From: Malacoraja senta
Taxonomy: Eukaryota
Length of the DNA: 64,000 nt
Reading direction: 5' to 3'
Assembly (NCBI GenBank): GCA_038087875.1
Contig: JAXLNO010002317.1
Coordinates: 2,294,001-2,358,000 of the forward strand
Made by a program: the position numbers and the translations under genes. The notes under the pieces were generated by a model that was not told where the DNA came from, ran no database searches, and saw only the letters and a program-made list of their open reading frames with translations. Every line of letters starts with the position of its first letter. The first letter of the stretch is position 1. Positions 59,901-64,000 of this stretch are shown here, piece by piece.

Positions 59901-61354
59901 TTCTCCGAGATCTTTGGTTTCCTCCCACACTCCAAAGACGTACAGGTATGTAGATTAATTGGCTTGGTGTAAATGTTTCAAACAAAATGTCCCTAATGTG
60001 TGTAGGATAGTGTTAGTGTGCGGGGATTGCTGGTCGGCGCTGACCCGGTGGGCCGAAGGGCCTGTTTCCGCGCTGTATCTCTAAACTAAACTAAACTAAA
60101 CTAAATACAAAAGCTTGAAAGAGCGTACCACCAGATTCAGGAAAGGATTCTTCCCCTCTGTTATCAGAATACTGGAGCGCAGGAGGATGAGGAGTGATCT
60201 TATAGAGGTGTATAAAATAATGAGAGGAATAGATCGGGTAGATGCACAGAGTCTCTTGCCCAGAGTAGGGGAATCGAGGACCAGAGGACATTGGTTCAAG
60301 GTGAAGGGGAAAAGATTTAATAGGAATCTGATGGGTAACTTTTTCACACAGAGGGTGGTGGGTGTATGGAACGAGCTGCCGGAGGAGGTAGTTGAGGAGT
60401 GACTATTCCAACATTTAAGAAACAGTTAGACAGGTACATGGATAAGACAGGTTTGGAGGGATGTAGACCAAACGCAGGCAGCTGGGACTAGTGCAGATGG
60501 GACATGTTGGCCCGTGTGGGCAAGTTGGGCCAAAGGGCCTGTTTCCACACCGTATCACTCTATGTTCCTTTCATAAGTTAGAGATGAATTTCTCAACCTT
60601 CCAATCTACCTCATTGTAGTCCCTTTTGTGTTAGAGTCACACAGCGTGGAAACAGGCCCTTCGGCCCAACTTGCCCACACCGACCAACATGTCCCAGCTA
60701 CACCAGTCCCACCTGCCTGCGTTTGGCCCATATCCCTCCAAACCTGTCATATTCATGTATCTGTCCAATTATTAATGTTATAGTCCCTGCCTCAATCACC
60801 TCCACCACCGGCAGCTTGTTCCATACACCCACCACCCTCTGAATGAAAATGTTGCCCAAAAGTTCCTATTAAATCTTTCCCCCCTCACATTAAACCCATG
60901 TCCTCAGGTTCTTCATTCCCCAAATTTCGAGTTGTGACCCTTCTGAAACATCACCTCTCCATCCAGAGATGCTGCCTGTCCTGCTGTCACTCCAGCACTT
61001 TGTACCTGTCCACGTTCCAGAGATGCTGCCTGACCCGCTGAGTTACTCCAGCACTTTGTACCTGTCCATGTTCTCCAGAGATGCTGCCTGACCCGCTGAG
61101 TTACTCCAGCACTTTGTGTCTATTGAAGGCAGCAAAGGCTTGTGTTTACTTACCAAGTGAAAACATGAAGGGGTAAATCAAATCCATGAGCTTCTGAAAG
61201 GTATAAACCATGGTCTCTGTATAGACTAATGGAAGGGAGGGAGAGATACAGAGTCAATGCTGATAAAGGCTGGAGCGTGGGGTTATCTGAACACAATTAG
61301 CTTCTTCCCCACTAAACCCAAACATGTCCACTCTGTTTAATAACCCGATGTTCC

Positions 61355-61660
61355 CCTCCTCACCGCCCCTCCCTCCCCCTCTCCCCTCCTCCCTCCCTCA
61401 GTCCCTCCTTCCCTCCACTCTGTCCATCCCTCCCATTCTACCCTCCCCCTCCCTCTCCCTACCAGCCTACTCACCCGACCTCTCTTCATCTGCCCCTCTC
61501 TCTCTCCTTCCCTCCCTCCCTCCTTACCTCTCCCTCCCTTCCACCATCACTCTCCCCTCCCTCCCTCCCTCCTCTCCCTGCCCTCCCTGTCTCCCTCCTC
61601 TCCCCTCCCTCCCTCTGTCCCTCCCTCCTTTTCCTCCCTCCCTCTCTCCCTCCCTCATCC
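61355..61660 (+). repeat. Polypyrimidine (CCCT/CT-rich) low-complexity tract
   Basis: Direct reading. Confidence 0.85.
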
Positions 61661-61661
61661 G

Positions 61662-62290
61662 CAGGGCCGGATTTAGATGAAGAGAGGCCCTAGGCTGTTC
61701 CACTTGTGAGGCCCCTCCCAATCCCCCACCCCCACGACTAGAGGAAGATGGCCCACCAGATTGACACCGATTTGCAGCCGAGCGTGGCCAATGAGATAAG
61801 GGGCTTTTTATTTATTTATTTATTGCCAGTGCTAGTGTCGAGTTATCGGCTTAAAACACTATTATTCTGAAATGGAGGGCAAGGAAAATTACTGAAGGGT
61901 TGTTTAGAGACTACAGTGTGTTGTGACAGCATATGTAAGAAAGGCCTATGACAGTGTCAAAAATATTATACACCTTGCAGGGCTCTCAATTAATTTTTTT
62001 TCTTTGTTGTCAGCCGGGCAACCTTGGCAGCTTTTTAAGTTGCCAAATGACAGTTGAGATGGTCATTTAAGACGGCTTGCAGGACGCGTGCGATAATGTG
62101 CTCGGTCGAAGTGCGTAGTTACCAGTCGGAATTAATGCTCAATGAAGCATTCACATATTATTTCTGCTTCAATAAAGTCACAAACTAAACATATTCACCA
62201 ATCAAGACATGATATATACCACAATGACATGCAGCAAAATTATAATACAGTATCTCAACTCTTTTTACATGTTGCAATGAATGCAATTTC
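61662..62290 (+). mobile_element. Possible hAT-like element left end
   Basis: Begins CAGGGCCGGATTTAG; no matching right TIR found before a CR1 fragment starts. Confidence 0.35.
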
Positions 62291-63190
62291 TATATACATC
62301 CATGATTTGGATGAAGGGATTCAAAGTAACATTAGCAAATTTGCAGACGACACAAAGCTGGGTGGCAGTGTGAACTGTGAGGAGGATGCTATGAGAATGC
62401 AGGGTGACTGGGGGAGTGAGCAGATGCATGGCAGATGAAGTTTAATGCGGATAAATGTGAGGTTATCCACTTTGGTAGCAAAAACAGGAAGGCAGATTAC
62501 TATATAAATGGCGTCAAGTTGGAAAAGGGGGAAGTACAACATGATCTGGGGGTCCTTGTTCATCAGTCAATGCAGGTACAGCAGGCAGTGAAGAATGCGA
62601 ATGGCATCTTGGCCTTTATAACAAGAGGAATCAAATATAGGAGCAAAGAGATCCTTCTGCAGTTGTACAGGGCCCTAGTGAGACCACACCTGGAGTATTG
62701 TGTACAGTTATGGTCCCCTAATTTGAGGAAGGACATTCTTGCTATTGAGGGAGTGCAGCGTATGTTTACAAGGTTAATTCCCGGGATGGCGGGACTGTCA
62801 TATGCTGAGAGAATGGAGCAGCTGGGCTTGTACACTCTGGAGTTTAGAAGGATGAGAGGGTATCTCATTGAAACATATAAGATTGTTAAGGGTTTGGACA
62901 CACTAGAGGCAGGAAACATGTTCCCAATGTTGGGGGAGTCCACAACCAGGGGTCACAGTTTAAGAATAAGGAGTAAGCCATTTAGAACGGAGACGAGGAA
63001 ACACTTTTCTCACAGAGAGTGGTGAGTCTGTGGAATTCTCTGCCTGAGAGGGCGGTGGAGGCAGGTTCTCTGGATGCTTTCAAGAGAGAGCTAGATAGGC
63101 CTCTTAAAAATAGCAGAGTCAGGGGATATGGGGAGAAGGCAGGAACGGGGTACTGATTGGGGATGATCAGTCTATTGTCTATTGTCTATT
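62290..63190 (+). mobile_element. CR1 LINE 3' fragment
   Basis: ORF 62435..63025 ([21 protein letters not shown]) followed by the CR1 tail. Confidence 0.85.
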
Positions 63191-63246
63191 ATTTCTTTCC
63201 ACTTCCAAACAAAAAGGTGGTTGGATTATTCAGCGTATGATCAACC

Positions 63247-64000
63247 TCAGCGAGACCAAGTGCAGGCTTGGCGATCGCTTCGCACAACACCTCCACTCAG
63301 TTTGCAATAACCAACCTGATGTCCCGGTGGCTCAACACTTCAACTCCCCCTCCCACTCCGAATCTGACCTTTCTGTCCTGGGCCTCCTCCATGGCCAGAG
63401 TGAGGCCCACCGCATATTGGAGGAGCAGCACCTCATATTTGCTTGGGTAGTTTACACCCCAGCGGTATGAACATTGGCGTCTCTAATTTCAGGTAGCCCT
63501 TGCTTTCTCCCTCCTTCCCCTCCCATTCCCAGCTCTCCCACAGCCTACTGTCTCCGCCTCTTCCTTTCTTTTTCATGTTTACCCCCCCCCCCGACATCAA
63601 TCTGAAGAATGGTCTCGACCTGAAACGTCGCCTATTCCTTCGCTCCATAGATGCTGCCTTACCCGCTGATTTTCTCCAGTTTTATTTTGTCTACCAATGG
63701 GATCCCACCACTGGCCACATCTTCCCATCTCCTCCCCTGTTGGCTTTCCGCAGAGACCGCTCCCTCCGTAACTCCCTGGTCAATTCGTCCCTTCCCACCC
63801 AAACAATCCCCTCTCCTGGCATTTTCCCTTGCAACCGCAGGAAATGCCACACTTGTCGTTTTACCTCCCCCCTAGACTCCATCCAAGGACCCAAGCAGTC
63901 TTTCCAGGTGAGGCAGAGGTACACCTGCACCTCCTCCAACCTCATCTATTGCATCCGCTGCTCTAGATGTCAGCTGATCTACATCGGTGAGACCAAGCGT
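63247..64000 (+). mobile_element. Penelope-like element in partial tandem: GIY-YIG C-terminus, 3' tail with hammerhead (63602-63629), then a second copy from ~63694
   Basis: ETKCRLGDRFAQH...VAQHFN (63237..63470); the open frame from 63696 reads ...NLIYCIRCSRCQLIYIGETKR (GIY-YIG) to the window end. Confidence 0.88.

Overview
Vertebrate genomic DNA, most likely a cartilaginous fish (skate or ray). The taxon is inferred from the HE1/V-SINE, CR1, Rex-Babar, L2, Tx1 and Penelope repeat content. The window holds one multi-exon + strand gene encoding a Siglec-type (MAG/CD33-like) sialic-acid-binding Ig receptor. Reconstructed by hand, it has a 5'UTR exon (5811-5876), a leader (ATG 14265), a V-set domain with the essential Arg, a C2 domain, four near-identical C2 exons in A-B-A'-B' order from a ~11-12 kb internal tandem duplication, a MAG-D5-like membrane-proximal domain, a TM exon and two cytoplasmic exons. 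The gene has five odd features. (1) Exon A is split by a 2.9 kb antisense CR1. (2) The repeated exons show gene-conversion patterns. (3) The TM helix carries a Glu. (4) The two ITIMs are one base out of frame at a G5 run. (5) An N-gap sits inside the duplicated array. The rest is mostly transposon-derived. It includes ~20 Penelope-type minimal hammerhead ribozyme motifs (some on ~100 bp inserts with 14-15 bp TSDs), a Helitron and a solo LTR both checkable against empty sites in the sister duplication, two TIR DNA elements and a decayed Tx1 LINE. All exon calls and alignments were made by eye and are unverified by expression data.
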